From IMG/VR virus record IMGVR_UViG_3300010354_000044, positions 32,001 to 96,000 of that record: 64,000 nucleotides of DNA, one strand, 5' to 3'. Every line of letters begins with the position of its first letter. Position 1 is the first letter of the stretch. The stretch comes from a virus. Shown piece after piece: positions 39,401-47,832 of the stretch. The notes below the pieces were generated by a model. That model was not told the origin of the DNA. It did no database searches and saw only the letters and a list, made by a program, of their open reading frames with translations. The position numbers and the translations under genes are program-made.

Positions 39401-41942
39401 CAAACTGCGGGTTGTAGACGCTGAGCAGCGTGGGTTTGTACTAAACGGAGTGATGATGTATACATCTCCCTTCGGTCAGTACTTTAATCTAGGTGACTTT
39501 GACGGCGATGGTGTCTTTACCTATGACATCACTAAGTACGTCAACGCTGGGCTCATCAAGCAAGACTCCTACGAGTCTATGCTGGAGTTCCAGAAGTCCC
39601 TGCTCGGGTATGACATGATGTCCCCTGAGTTCTGGGGTTCTGGCGCCCCTGCTCAGTATTATGCAGACCACTATGACATTCCTAGCTACGCTGCTCTGCA
39701 GAAGAAGCTGGGTATGAAGTGTCTGGATAGCGAAGGGCGTTTGATGAACCCTGAGAAGGCCCATGTCTTTAACCGAAAAGCGTTTGAGCTAAGGCAGACC
39801 GGGGCATATGAACAGCAGACCCGGTATGTCTCTTCTTCTTATGGAGTAGAGTACTTTGCTCAGGTCTTTGCTGAGATCTGCCGGGCTATGGGCTTTAAAG
39901 ACTTCATGTGGCTGGCTGACCTAGCGCCGCAGCTGCAGTCCTTGTATGAGGTCGCCCTGGGTGGATACGACAACAACATGTTGTATGTCGCCTTTGGCCT
40001 TATGGACCGAGCCTATAACGGTATGAAGCATACGCCGCACTGGCTGAAGATTGTAGATGAAGATATCTACGATCGCTTCGTTACCGGCAAGACTCATTAC
40101 TACCGGCCTACGGCGTTTCTGAAGGATACTGAGTATACAGCCTTCACCGGGCTGCCCTTTACTGAGGTTCTTCCTTACATGCAGACCCTAGGCTTCTGCT
40201 GGAAGGATGGTAAGCGGGATGATGAGGCTATCCATGGCTTCATCAATGCCGCTATGCTCGCAGGGCTTGCTAAGGTTGCCCGAAAGCTTCCTAAGCCTGA
40301 AGACAGCACTAGCCCGGCTGCGATCGTAGACCAGCTGTTTGAAGATATGGTCGCTGTCTACGGGCGTGACTTTGCTACGGCTGTTCATATGGCGCAGATT
40401 ATCTGCGACACAAGCCGTAATAAAGATAATCAGCGGGGTGGTCAACTGTGCCGGCTTGTTCATGAGCACATGATTGAGCGTTCAGCCGTTGCGCTATTGT
40501 TCAAGCTCATCATGGATGCAAAGCAGCGTATTAACGCGCCCACGCCCGAGCTTAATATTAACGATGTCATTGCTTTGACTCGTTATATTGAGCTTGCTGA
40601 TGTCCTCTCTGAACAGGATGAGGAGTTCCTTGATGTACCTAGTACATCTGGGGAAGCTGCGGCAGAGCCTGAAGATGATAATCAAGGTGATGATGATGAA
40701 GGGGGCATTGCTGTGCCGGAGCCTACTCCGGATAAGCCCGGCCCTGCACCAGGAGCTGCTGAGCCCATTGAGGAGAGCCCTGCTGGTATTGTTCAAGAAG
40801 ATGCAGGATCTTGTATCGTACAAGATCCAGCTACTGTGGAGGTAAAATCCATGTACGTGCAGAACTGGTTCTCAAATATGCTCCCATTAGAAGTCCCAAT
40901 TAAGACTGACTTTGGGACCTTTCAAACGGTAGAGAACTACTACCAGGCTATGAAAACCCTAGACTTGGAGCAAAGGAAAATTATAGCTGAGCTATCTCCC
41001 CACGCTAGTAAGCGTTATGGTCGGCGTAAAATTCAATTACGCTCTGACTGGGAGCAGATCAAGCTAGCTGTTATGGAGGAAGCTCTTCGCAAGAAATTCG
41101 CTCCTGGGACTAAAGCCCTTGAGAGATTACTTGCAGAAAAAGGTGAGATAGTTGAATGGAATAACTGGGGTGATACTTACTGGGGGGCTCTTGCTACTTT
41201 AAGTAATGACGGAACAGTTATTCCTGTTGAGCCTCGTAAAGGCTGTAACCATCTTGGGCGTTTGCTCATGGCCGTTAGAGACGAACATTTAGCGGAGAAT
41301 AAAGTGACCGGAATATTTGACGTGCCCGCGCAGGTGCTGGTTAATCCAGTTAACTGCGGCGGTACCTGGGGCGGAGCTCTTTCCAAAGGGTTCATAGACC
41401 GATACCCAGAAAATACAGCCGCCCTCAAAGTGGCCTCTGAAGCCGGGTCCGTTAAGATAGGGCAGGTGTTAGTGACTGAGGAAGGGGGTAAGTTCATTGT
41501 GAACTTACCTACTAAGCTGGATGCTAACATCCCCAGCCGGCTCGTTGACATAGAAGCTGGTTTATACGCCTTACTAGCCTGGGCTCTGGTTAATAAGCCC
41601 AAATCCATTGCCATACCCGCCCTAGGGTGTGGCCTCGGTGGGCTTAAGTGGGAGGATGTGCTCCCAGTGATTAAACAGGTAGCCACGCTTATGGGTAACC
41701 ATGGTATTGTGGTTTACCTGTTTAACGACCGTGCCGAGCTAGTCACGGTTGACGGAGTTCCTGTCCAGTACGAGGAAGAAATCGTAGAGGAAGAGGTAGT
41801 AGAGCCCCAGCGTCCTACTCTTCCTAAGCTACCTACCCTCAAGCCTCCACAGGCTAACGATGAGGACGAGTATGTGGAGTATGTGGAGCAGGACCCCAAC
41901 ATGCCTGAAGCTGAAGTAGGGGGTCTCTTCAATAATCAATAA
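33417..41942 (+). CDS. Multidomain protein: Dda/RecD-like SF1B helicase + single-chain two-barrel RNA polymerase + NADAR + DarG-like macrodomain
   Basis: Helicase: GYAGTGKTT, IVDEASM, GDPAQLPPV, TVHKSQGST, YVAISRA. RNAP: FKIRNGYKG...ADLVIF (38007), VRAP...NLGDFDGD (39495-39509). NADAR: FSN...VENYYQAMK...DWEQIK...WGDTYWG...NHLGRLLM. Macro: VNPVNCGG...NLPTK...IAIPALGCGLGGLKW. ATG at 33417 after AAGGAGG. Confidence 0.85.
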   Translation: MAILTILTVTATISASAPGAKPKARKRPNRAAQKAQQRRAAFLRRKRQSRNGRRPFHGVRYCNIADRPKARQQKFWARARKLGVAREVAHLLWMGDDLGARRVLKEARRRYQVKRSLVLRTPVDSRGDEALQARPSLKPSTGRVFERGTKGKPPRNWGLTKKSQPEPSWRDFLVKAREVHRDILADLVRVVGGEPTDTVVCMAQTPPPPSPQGRQSTLQRVNGLGLPFELSEDQLTALDKMLAFAESPARGGTFTLEGYAGTGKTTLLPIFLRLLPRNIRAATAVTALSNKAARVLSEKLRGQGLRVEASTIHKLLGIKAIKQNAEIQFDRGGSCTISENLLVIVDEASMLGEVLWNHMTSYFKSIKFLFTGDPAQLPPVNETGAPCFSLADDYAKLTKVLRHGGPVLRESTLVRDLGHGTYHPAQSLSEGNNVFCYQHINWFKVISGLVSDPEKWAKFTDDPNFFRIVAWRNARVAELNTYVRQLLHVGKKLERFMVGDLVILDAPYEDLFTGDEFWVRAVNNGKVDGWNCLEITLEPVHDAKAETIVRVLAAEEASRYKQESDRLRELATQHVIPWAEYWALQELFAGLSYGYAMTVHKSQGSTFRNVLVDYSDIKLCRGLELNKLIYVAISRASKNVIMNVGTSPIYERVKPAGEIDTGPPEIPEPPVVNAQEPVVEEAPPTLPEEESVAEVGASVSIAVAPQEPAVEETQAAPINTGQPVTETTTKEETMWFVEIDVAELTFFATKTNHAGTFPVNGLEVFKKGLLGKGYKLVETQVGPEGEELKLVYAKQPPTALGGERAPADPPDQPFASGNVAQFKQTVLNFIAQRLGKLHQQYPESGMRELIVRMTEAINYSPRDAFFAAPLSDMLSMWVFEATHSKELGNRPIPVIEKEAYYLSGKCLTGRPSLIGDLDLLLSRQRLDIEGDSYRLRYPIEQVEAAILDAEGRDLYEGYRVILSEGIKSHAVLNGNFPHLGVEVEDMAAALTVHQLAPSAFSYGLPIVKAVLAEHLAEVLCQLGYSEAVAGMVSIPAGWNLPCPQMTVAKLKNMLEYISDVFSSFGIKDYEYISLSPDATEEKFTVYICGIEFAVDAQGVTLVDALNQKAIYATYMALPICHRSIREDEGALMSPHAVFAYMLAEVVLPLLVRVDRDSYRNRLVGSNVMQTYFRVAGAVNTYLRNYVSIDLRSATIGELDDAAEARNRGVVAVALNYPRSLYRDALPSEVKSGNGFSMLNVGLMKGNIYVGGGKAMPSELSVEERQNLILERAALKTLGYANTQVVHKRMLELGFCQEPFGRMTVVSQDIHGINFTGQKEAVKDFWESQGVVDVMEVAAILGCRADWTEIARETFVALSNKGAKQLKRTANFYHNGCIFISQAVQAAQTNGVFNEIKALAVKAIIANSALFGGPGMVWANKQKIQDMGIRYRTGGQVYEFSSESQLYCEGFAYEAQHYNEHSGWNSVEPVDLHVVEGRPFGLLIKHDGYEANISAEQSGQVTKIMWRWVTKFNAEVMELRLIYDKREYGAFKIRNGYKGLVAFVEPELIGKGADLVIFGDANKTMDILYSRLREAAESFVRVPRGTTVTLNGKDYDLRELLRSLNQQAGPAMGMAIEDYDRDDRLFIDFKLLAKGAYDIVGELFEAIFGQSHWFRFDGPDLVKFTAQYYGAKAEANEGWRKLVPAELKGLGYPNAVGFTDGKVNDPHSNVLVVEEGVVHHRSWVYAAKDGIDLYVPIKPEYTTVSQNVNYAPLALGPIVDPSIPTEVARELIHAGEANRTKYTLLHILRKHSLGPVAFTMGGVEVQTVTLASTDTFAGFFGEHTQMLQHKRALSRTSFVRALCNLLQTKVLCVETSRWTESGRVMANIYLPLLSSFIIGSLDDHADESSLAGNAFMFFDMWAAGESLSSPAMVKIATTISNLISKLCDGNRMQKQLTYGPTAVGAKLGALPIIPTGELWVLRGGEVHRRLKVRFGDAINNGYVMMVRAPMTRSCICKLRVVDAEQRGFVLNGVMMYTSPFGQYFNLGDFDGDGVFTYDITKYVNAGLIKQDSYESMLEFQKSLLGYDMMSPEFWGSGAPAQYYADHYDIPSYAALQKKLGMKCLDSEGRLMNPEKAHVFNRKAFELRQTGAYEQQTRYVSSSYGVEYFAQVFAEICRAMGFKDFMWLADLAPQLQSLYEVALGGYDNNMLYVAFGLMDRAYNGMKHTPHWLKIVDEDIYDRFVTGKTHYYRPTAFLKDTEYTAFTGLPFTEVLPYMQTLGFCWKDGKRDDEAIHGFINAAMLAGLAKVARKLPKPEDSTSPAAIVDQLFEDMVAVYGRDFATAVHMAQIICDTSRNKDNQRGGQLCRLVHEHMIERSAVALLFKLIMDAKQRINAPTPELNINDVIALTRYIELADVLSEQDEEFLDVPSTSGEAAAEPEDDNQGDDDEGGIAVPEPTPDKPGPAPGAAEPIEESPAGIVQEDAGSCIVQDPATVEVKSMYVQNWFSNMLPLEVPIKTDFGTFQTVENYYQAMKTLDLEQRKIIAELSPHASKRYGRRKIQLRSDWEQIKLAVMEEALRKKFAPGTKALERLLAEKGEIVEWNNWGDTYWGALATLSNDGTVIPVEPRKGCNHLGRLLMAVRDEHLAENKVTGIFDVPAQVLVNPVNCGGTWGGALSKGFIDRYPENTAALKVASEAGSVKIGQVLVTEEGGKFIVNLPTKLDANIPSRLVDIEAGLYALLAWALVNKPKSIAIPALGCGLGGLKWEDVLPVIKQVATLMGNHGIVVYLFNDRAELVTVDGVPVQYEEEIVEEEVVEPQRPTLPKLPTLKPPQANDEDEYVEYVEQDPNMPEAEVGGLFNNQ

Positions 41943-41989
41943 TAACTTAGCGCCCTGATCTACCTTTAGACCTAGGGCGCTAAGTTATT
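41941..41989 (+). terminator. Long inverted repeat after the RNAP fusion gene
   Basis: AATAACTTAGCGCCCT...AGGGCGCTAAGTTATT. Confidence 0.55.
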
Positions 41990-42097
41990 AAGCTAACAAA
42001 TCCCCCTGGGTGTGTTTATTGCTGCGCTCTACCCTGTATAGGGTCCAGGTGCGGTTCCGGTCTTTGGTTTGTCGGTGGTGTCCGTAGGGTGTCGGGC

Positions 42098-42226
42098 TGG
42101 CCTGCTTCGGTTCGGGTTGGCGGCAGTCTGCAGAGCCTGTCGGTCTGTGCCCGCATTGTTGGGGCTGTCCACTTCCACCGCGTTGTTGGATTGGCCTGCT
42201 TCGGTTCGGGTTGGCGGCAGTCTGCA
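42098..42226 (+). repeat. Exact 35-nt direct repeat (2 copies) in an A-depleted tract
   Basis: TGGCCTGCTTCGGTTCGGGTTGGCGGCAGTCTGCA at 42098-42132 and 42192-42226. Confidence 0.85.
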
Positions 42227-42254
42227 TCGTTGTTGGAATACTAGGAGAAAGAAA

Positions 42255-42872
42255 ATGGAACTGAAAGTAACCCCTAAGATCCTTGAGAACGGACGCGTAT
42301 GGAATACCTTCTGGGGTAGTGCCACCTCAGAGAATGGCGTCAGGGTATTGCAGGAGGACCTAGGTAACAGCATATACGCAATTGACATAAGTTGCGTATC
42401 TGTGATTTGGTATAAGAATGGGGACCTCTCCGTAGAGATATCGTCTCCGCTCCTTACCCCAGTGGGAGAGGTAAAATACTTAACCGTGGGTAAATCCACG
42501 GTTGAGAGGTCGCGTTTTATTCAATTATTCGGGCGTGAGGTCTACGAGACTTTGCTCACCCTAGAAGTGAGTAAGCGCCATTCCCTGGAGGGGCGTGGCC
42601 GAATTGCCTGGAAATGGGCGCCCCGTAAAGAGGAGGGAGAATTGTATTTCTCTGAACTTGATACTGACTGTCCGAACATCAGGATCAGGTTGTTCGCCGG
42701 TGTGGGTGGCCTGCTGCCAAATAGCGCAGTTCGTGCTTGGGAGCCCGCGCCTGCTGCTCCCAAGGCTCCTGCGCCCCTGGCTCCCCTACCCACTCTGGTC
42801 CCGCTTACACCCCAGCCCCCCAAGCTGGGGGTGCCCGAGGCCCCCGCACCCGCCGCCCTAGATAACGTCTAG
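42255..42872 (+). CDS. Hypothetical protein with Pro-rich tail
   Basis: AGGAGA RBS before ATG 42255. Confidence 0.6.
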   Translation: MELKVTPKILENGRVWNTFWGSATSENGVRVLQEDLGNSIYAIDISCVSVIWYKNGDLSVEISSPLLTPVGEVKYLTVGKSTVERSRFIQLFGREVYETLLTLEVSKRHSLEGRGRIAWKWAPRKEEGELYFSELDTDCPNIRIRLFAGVGGLLPNSAVRAWEPAPAAPKAPAPLAPLPTLVPLTPQPPKLGVPEAPAPAALDNV

Positions 42873-43281
42873 GCCCCCCATTCTGCCGTCCTCCCAAGGG
42901 CGGCAGTTTGGTTTGGATGTTACGTAACGGCGAAGTCTTGACCTCCTTCCCCTTACCGACACATCCCACCTCGGCCCTACCCGGTGGGCTAGAAAACTAC
43001 CGGGCGGTGTCGGCTAAGGCGACGTTAAAGACACGCGCGGGGGGAGGACCTAAGCTCCAAAACCCCGCCATGAGGTGTACCAGGACTGTACACCAAATAA
43101 GCCCAGTCCCCTCTAGGGGTTCAAAAAGCCTGGGTCAATGTGCAAAGGGGGCTTGGCCAGCCCCCGGATGGGCTCGCTTTGCCCTCATGCCCAGGGCGCC
43201 CTGGGCAAAAACCAAACCGCCGTTGTGTTAGCTATGATAAGCTAATATAGCGGCGGTTTGGTTTAGGAAAGGTGTAAAAGA

Positions 43282-43668
43282 ATGTTCGTATCACAAATTG
43301 AAGAAGTCTTGTACCGCCCCTATACAACGGGGATGATACGGGAGGAGCTGCCGCAGTCCACAATAAAAGCGGTGGTCGTCTCCCTAGCGGGGACAGACTA
43401 CACGCAACTCCCGGAGGAGGGAGATCTAGATACAGGAAATCTAGGCCTATGCCTGGAATTCCCTGCTTTTGGCTGCCCTCAATGGGTAGTGGCAAAAGTG
43501 GCAAAGAGGACCTCCCACTACCCGTGGGTAGGGGTCTTTGACCACGGTAAAAGGGAGTTCGTGGTAATACACACGATTGCCGATTACTGGGTACCTCAGT
43601 ACCCGGTAATGGGGGAACTCCTTAGCCGCACTCCAGAGGGGGTGGAGCTAGTGCTTCCCCCGGTGTAG
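43282..43668 (+). CDS. Hypothetical protein
   Basis: Bounded by family hairpins; RBS upstream. Confidence 0.6.
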   Translation: MFVSQIEEVLYRPYTTGMIREELPQSTIKAVVVSLAGTDYTQLPEEGDLDTGNLGLCLEFPAFGCPQWVVAKVAKRTSHYPWVGVFDHGKREFVVIHTIADYWVPQYPVMGELLSRTPEGVELVLPPV

Positions 43669-43744
43669 GCTAATCCTACAAACCGCCGTGTATTAGCTTA
43701 TTATAGTTAATACACGGCGGTTTGATTTTGACGGAGTAGAGACT

Positions 43745-44131
43745 ATGGAAATTATGATCAAGTACCCCGCAGGGGGTACCGCTATTGTTTGCGAGCTCCC
43801 CCCTGCAGGGAGTCTCCCTACCGCGTTTGCGTTAGAAGATGTCTCTAGACCTAGACAAGTAATCCGCATTGAGCGGAGAGAGGAGGGCGACCTCCTGGTT
43901 GAACGGGGAATCGTAGGTAGACACTGGCACGTATATAAGGTAGCTACTATTAAGGTAGCTGGTATTTGGGGGGAAGTCCGCGGGGACTTCTGCTCCATTA
44001 AGGAAGGGGATGGGACAATAATTGAATACAGAAAAGGCCCAGGGGATTATTGTATCTCCTGCGGGACTTTTCAAGGCCCTCGCGGGGAGTACCGCGAGGG
44101 CCATAACTGCTACATGTGCGGGATGAATTAG
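43745..44131 (+). CDS. Hypothetical protein with C-terminal Zn ribbon
   Basis: CISC...CYMC. Confidence 0.6.
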   Translation: MEIMIKYPAGGTAIVCELPPAGSLPTAFALEDVSRPRQVIRIERREEGDLLVERGIVGRHWHVYKVATIKVAGIWGEVRGDFCSIKEGDGTIIEYRKGPGDYCISCGTFQGPRGEYREGHNCYMCGMN

Positions 44132-44132
44132 C

Positions 44133-44261
44133 ATGTATATGTCTCCGTTAAAACAGCTAGGCTTGTGGGTATCAGGAGTGGCGATTGGCTTTGCGATCGC
44201 CACTGGTATCCAATTGGTAGAGTGCCCGCCACCGCTACCATCTACAGAGCAACAGCCTTGA
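44133..44261 (+). CDS. Small membrane peptide (42 aa, not in ORF track)
   Basis: MYMSPLKQLGLWVSGVAIGFAIATGIQLVECPPP...; fills the gap exactly. Confidence 0.4.
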   Translation: MYMSPLKQLGLWVSGVAIGFAIATGIQLVECPPPLPSTEQQP

Positions 44262-44371
44262 AACCAAACCGCCGTTACTAAGCTACTATAAGCAAAGTAA
44301 CGGCGGTTTGATTTATTCCACGGATTCACTACAATAATTACCCCCGACCGTGGCGGGGGAGGAGGAAAATT

Positions 44372-45298
44372 ATGAGCCTGTTGTTTGTATTAAACCCCGC
44401 GCCCAAGGCGCAGGAGGAAATGATCAAATTGATTAAGGCCCAGCCCGGGCCTTACATCGGGTTGGAAATGACGGTCCCAGAGCTAGCAGCTCTGATGGAC
44501 GTCAATATAGACCCTCAACATACAGGCTTTGACGCAGCGACGAGCTGCGTCAAAGCCTGCCTAGAAGGGTCCTTCCTGGTGAAGGGAGGGGCCTACTTCA
44601 CCGTCCGCGCTGACCTGGACGCATTCGCGTCCTACCTGATCCTCGCGGGTCTAGTAGATATTAATAATGAAGATGTCTTCGTCAGACTCATGATGATTCA
44701 TGTAGCGGATACGTTCGCCCATGGCCCTTGGTCACTTGGAGCTAGCGGTACTGGCTATGAAAAGCCTTCGTTGGCGGGTATTAACCGCTGCGTGGCGGAC
44801 TACAAGCTGCCGGTAGAGGAACGGCTCGCTGCTCTCCAGCATTGGCTGGAAACCGGGGAGCATCCAGAGAAACACCTGGCTGAGGTAGAAGCCGAGGCCG
44901 AGGAAATCGCCACCGCCTTAGAAAGCGGGCAGACTGTAGTAACCATTTTAAGTGGTTACACCATAGTACAGTCTGAGTTGCGCGGAGCACCCAGCATTGG
45001 CTACCGGAGTAATCCGGTGGTTCTTGCGTGGAACCCGGCCTTCCCCATTTACGGGGAAATTGATGGAAATCAGGTTGTCGTTGGGCAAGGGCTTAAGTAC
45101 TCCGTCTGCCAGTGGGCAGAGGGGTACATTGACCTGAATGGTTTCCTTGCGGAAATCCGTAAGGAAGAGCCCGGGTGGGGAGGAAGCCCCACGTTCGTAA
45201 GCTCGCCCCAGAACGTGGCTAGTGAGGTCCCACTACAGCGTGTGCAAGAACTGTTTTACCAGTTCTTGCACCCTACTGCACAACTTGCTAGTTGCTAA
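44372..45298 (+). CDS. Putative DHH-superfamily-like phosphoesterase
   Basis: NIDPQH, RADLDA and C-terminal GWGGS motifs; GGAGG RBS. Confidence 0.4.
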   Translation: MSLLFVLNPAPKAQEEMIKLIKAQPGPYIGLEMTVPELAALMDVNIDPQHTGFDAATSCVKACLEGSFLVKGGAYFTVRADLDAFASYLILAGLVDINNEDVFVRLMMIHVADTFAHGPWSLGASGTGYEKPSLAGINRCVADYKLPVEERLAALQHWLETGEHPEKHLAEVEAEAEEIATALESGQTVVTILSGYTIVQSELRGAPSIGYRSNPVVLAWNPAFPIYGEIDGNQVVVGQGLKYSVCQWAEGYIDLNGFLAEIRKEEPGWGGSPTFVSSPQNVASEVPLQRVQELFYQFLHPTAQLASC

Positions 45299-45386
45299 TG
45301 TTTCGTAAATCAAACCGCCGTTACTAAGCTATTATGCAAGGTAACGGCGGTTTGATTTACATAGCTATAGCTAAGGGAGAAACTAA

Positions 45387-45773
45387 ATGGATTGGGTCAG
45401 AACGATCCAGGAGCAGGTAGCTCCTGTTATGCTGAGTGAGTTTGAGGACCGAAAAAGACGCCTAACGGTTTTCCTGGAATTATGGAAACGTCAAGAGCCC
45501 CAAGCATATGCTAAATGGGCCCAAGAGGAGGAAGAGGCCACACTTGCCGACTGGCAGTGGGCTAACGGCACGGGAAATGGGACGTTTGGCCCTCTGTCGG
45601 TCTATCATATAGATCCGACAGAATATATAAAGATAGGTGTCCCCACTAAACAAGCCTACGCGGGCTTGTTCAACAAGGATACCCGAACATGGACCGGCGT
45701 GTACCTAAATAAAATACAAACCCTATGCTTGAGTAGTAAACTACCCAAGCATTGCGAGATAAGGGTCATATAG
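45387..45773 (+). CDS. Hypothetical protein
   Basis: GGAG RBS; bounded by hairpins. Confidence 0.6.
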   Translation: MDWVRTIQEQVAPVMLSEFEDRKRRLTVFLELWKRQEPQAYAKWAQEEEEATLADWQWANGTGNGTFGPLSVYHIDPTEYIKIGVPTKQAYAGLFNKDTRTWTGVYLNKIQTLCLSSKLPKHCEIRVI

Positions 45774-45840
45774 GTTGCTGCCGTGGTGTTGACTCCCTAG
45801 GTCAACACCACGGCGGTTAGATTTGCAGTAGGAAATAACC

Positions 45841-46029
45841 ATGCTTACAGAACACCAAAAAAATCACGCAGCGAAGACCCTCAGGCTATTTGAAGTTCTT
45901 CCTCCATACAGCGAGGAAGAGCTTACTAAGATCGTAAATGCGCATGCGCAAATCAGCGCATCGCTGAAGGATATAATAGTAAAGCGGGATGGAAGCGGCC
46001 ACGTTGATTGGGGAGATTTATTCTTCTAG
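45841..46029 (+). CDS. Hypothetical protein
   Basis: AGGA RBS after a hairpin. Confidence 0.5.
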   Translation: MLTEHQKNHAAKTLRLFEVLPPYSEEELTKIVNAHAQISASLKDIIVKRDGSGHVDWGDLFF

Positions 46030-46206
46030 GCCGCCGAAACTGCCGCAAGAGGCCGGGTAAACGGGTGTCTACTGATGGAGGAAACGTGCAATGAAATAAA
46101 AGCCGCACGTTCTAGCCTCCGGTAGGTGTACGAACTGCCGGTAATAAAGCCTATTACAGCTTATTACCGGCAGTTTGATATAGTTACCCCAGGAGGGGAG
46201 GAATAT

Positions 46207-46542
46207 ATGAACGTAGTATTTAAGGAGTTCATGGTTGCGCTAGTAGAGAATAATATCAGTTTCTCCTTTCATCAGACGCAGCGTGGAGCATCAAAGGGGA
46301 TTACCATACACTTCGGTACCGCTGAGGGGAGCTATTTCTTCACTCCAACGGAAAAAGAAATCGCGCTATACGCCCCGAACAGGACGTTCACCGGGGGTTA
46401 CATTTACTCCTTTGAGGATGTAGCCCAACTGGCGTTCAAGTATTGGACATCCTCTGAGGACAGTTATGTCCTAGAGGAGTGGGAGGATATTTTCCGGGAA
46501 CGGGGATGGGTTGAAGAGGTTACCGTCCTCAAGCCTAAATAA
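46207..46542 (+). CDS. Hypothetical protein
   Basis: GGAGG RBS before ATG 46207. Confidence 0.6.
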   Translation: MNVVFKEFMVALVENNISFSFHQTQRGASKGITIHFGTAEGSYFFTPTEKEIALYAPNRTFTGGYIYSFEDVAQLAFKYWTSSEDSYVLEEWEDIFRERGWVEEVTVLKPK

Positions 46543-46610
46543 AAACTACCGGGGTATTGATCCTAAAAATCAATACCCCGGCTGTTTGATTTACTCATAG
46601 GGGAGGCGAA

Positions 46611-47321
46611 ATGTACTTAGTAGGGGGGTCCGTTAGGGACCTTTTGTTAGAGCTCACTGTTGACGACTACGACTTTGTATTCGTAGCCTACAGCTGGGAG
46701 CATTTGGTAGAACTAGCCCAAGGGGAGTTTGGGCCAGTTCCTAAGGCCGGGACGGAATCTGGATTTGTTGAATTTCCAGACACCTTCACCTTAAAGGGGA
46801 TGAAGGTGATTGATAGGAAGCGGCAGATCTGTGACATTGCCGCTGCCCGGCGGGAATACCACAGTGGCCCCGGGCATAAGCCCTCGGCTATTTCTTTGGC
46901 GCCTACGCTAGAGGAAGACCTAAAGCGCCGGGACTTCACAGTTAACGCGATGGCACGTGACTGGAAGACCGGTGAGTTAATTGACCTATATGGCGGGCAG
47001 GCCGACCTGTCCGCCAGGGTGCTTCGCTGTGTCGGCGATACGGAAAAACGCCTATTAGAGAACCCAGACCGGGTAATCCGGGCGTTTTATTTCCAGTGTA
47101 AACTAGTAGGCTTCACATTCTGTGAAGAGCTGGAAGCAGTTCTTCGTGAGTCTGTGGTGGTTCAAAAAGCAGTCGCCGACGACTGCCCTGACCGAAAAGC
47201 TCAGCAGCTGACTAAGCTCCTTAAAAGGGCTTCAACGGCTGAGCTGATGGGAACGATCTCCGAATACCCCCAAACATGGGCGGCGATCACAAAGGGGCTT
47301 AAGCTAAAGTTCACAACTTAA
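46611..47321 (+). CDS. tRNA nucleotidyltransferase/poly(A) polymerase family protein (head and neck only)
   Basis: YLVGGSVRDLLL...DYDF, DLKRRDFTVNAMA, ENPDRVIRAF. Confidence 0.85.
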   Translation: MYLVGGSVRDLLLELTVDDYDFVFVAYSWEHLVELAQGEFGPVPKAGTESGFVEFPDTFTLKGMKVIDRKRQICDIAAARREYHSGPGHKPSAISLAPTLEEDLKRRDFTVNAMARDWKTGELIDLYGGQADLSARVLRCVGDTEKRLLENPDRVIRAFYFQCKLVGFTFCEELEAVLRESVVVQKAVADDCPDRKAQQLTKLLKRASTAELMGTISEYPQTWAAITKGLKLKFTT

Positions 47322-47387
47322 GCACACCAGGCTGCCGCTATTACCCCCAATAGCGGCGGTTTGATTTGTAAATCTAAGGAGGGCTTT

Positions 47388-47756
47388 ATGACCAAGATAC
47401 ATCGGGACAGTCGGGGGGTGCTTTACCGCCTTCCCGACCTGGAAGACGCGCACCTAGAGAATATAATCAGGCGCCTAGAGCGGGCAGCCTGTCTAGGGGT
47501 ACGTGTTAAGGTAAAGTATGGGTACACAACCGTCTATGGCGTTGAGGCTGAGCAGTATTTAGAACTCTCAAAGTACCGCGAAGAGCAGGAAAGACGGGCT
47601 AAGATAGCAAGCTTGCGTAAAAGCGTGAGCGAACTTAAGGCTGTTTTAGCAGAGAGGCCTATTCCTAATATACAGGACATCATAAGAGCCCAAGAGGAGT
47701 GGTTTACACAATACCACTTCTACTGTAACGAACCCAAGCGTGGTGCTTACCGCTAA
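47388..47756 (+). CDS. Hypothetical protein
   Basis: AAGGAGG RBS before ATG 47388. Confidence 0.6.
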   Translation: MTKIHRDSRGVLYRLPDLEDAHLENIIRRLERAACLGVRVKVKYGYTTVYGVEAEQYLELSKYREEQERRAKIASLRKSVSELKAVLAERPIPNIQDIIRAQEEWFTQYHFYCNEPKRGAYR

Positions 47757-47832
47757 GGGTAACTAAAAATGACAAGGCCGCCTGTGTATCCTATACACCG
47801 GCGGTTTGATTTGTAAGCTTTAAGGAGGGTTC

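Noticed and set aside
5354-41942. Inteins explaining the size of the two giant ORFs
   Set aside because: No intein splice-junction or LAGLIDADG motifs noticed
42098-42226. Mini-CRISPR array
   Set aside because: Only two repeats, 59-nt spacer with the same compositional bias, no CRISPR-like repeat ends, no cas genes
42908-43231. 107-aa ORF
   Set aside because: Starts and ends inside family hairpins and lacks an RBS; unsupported
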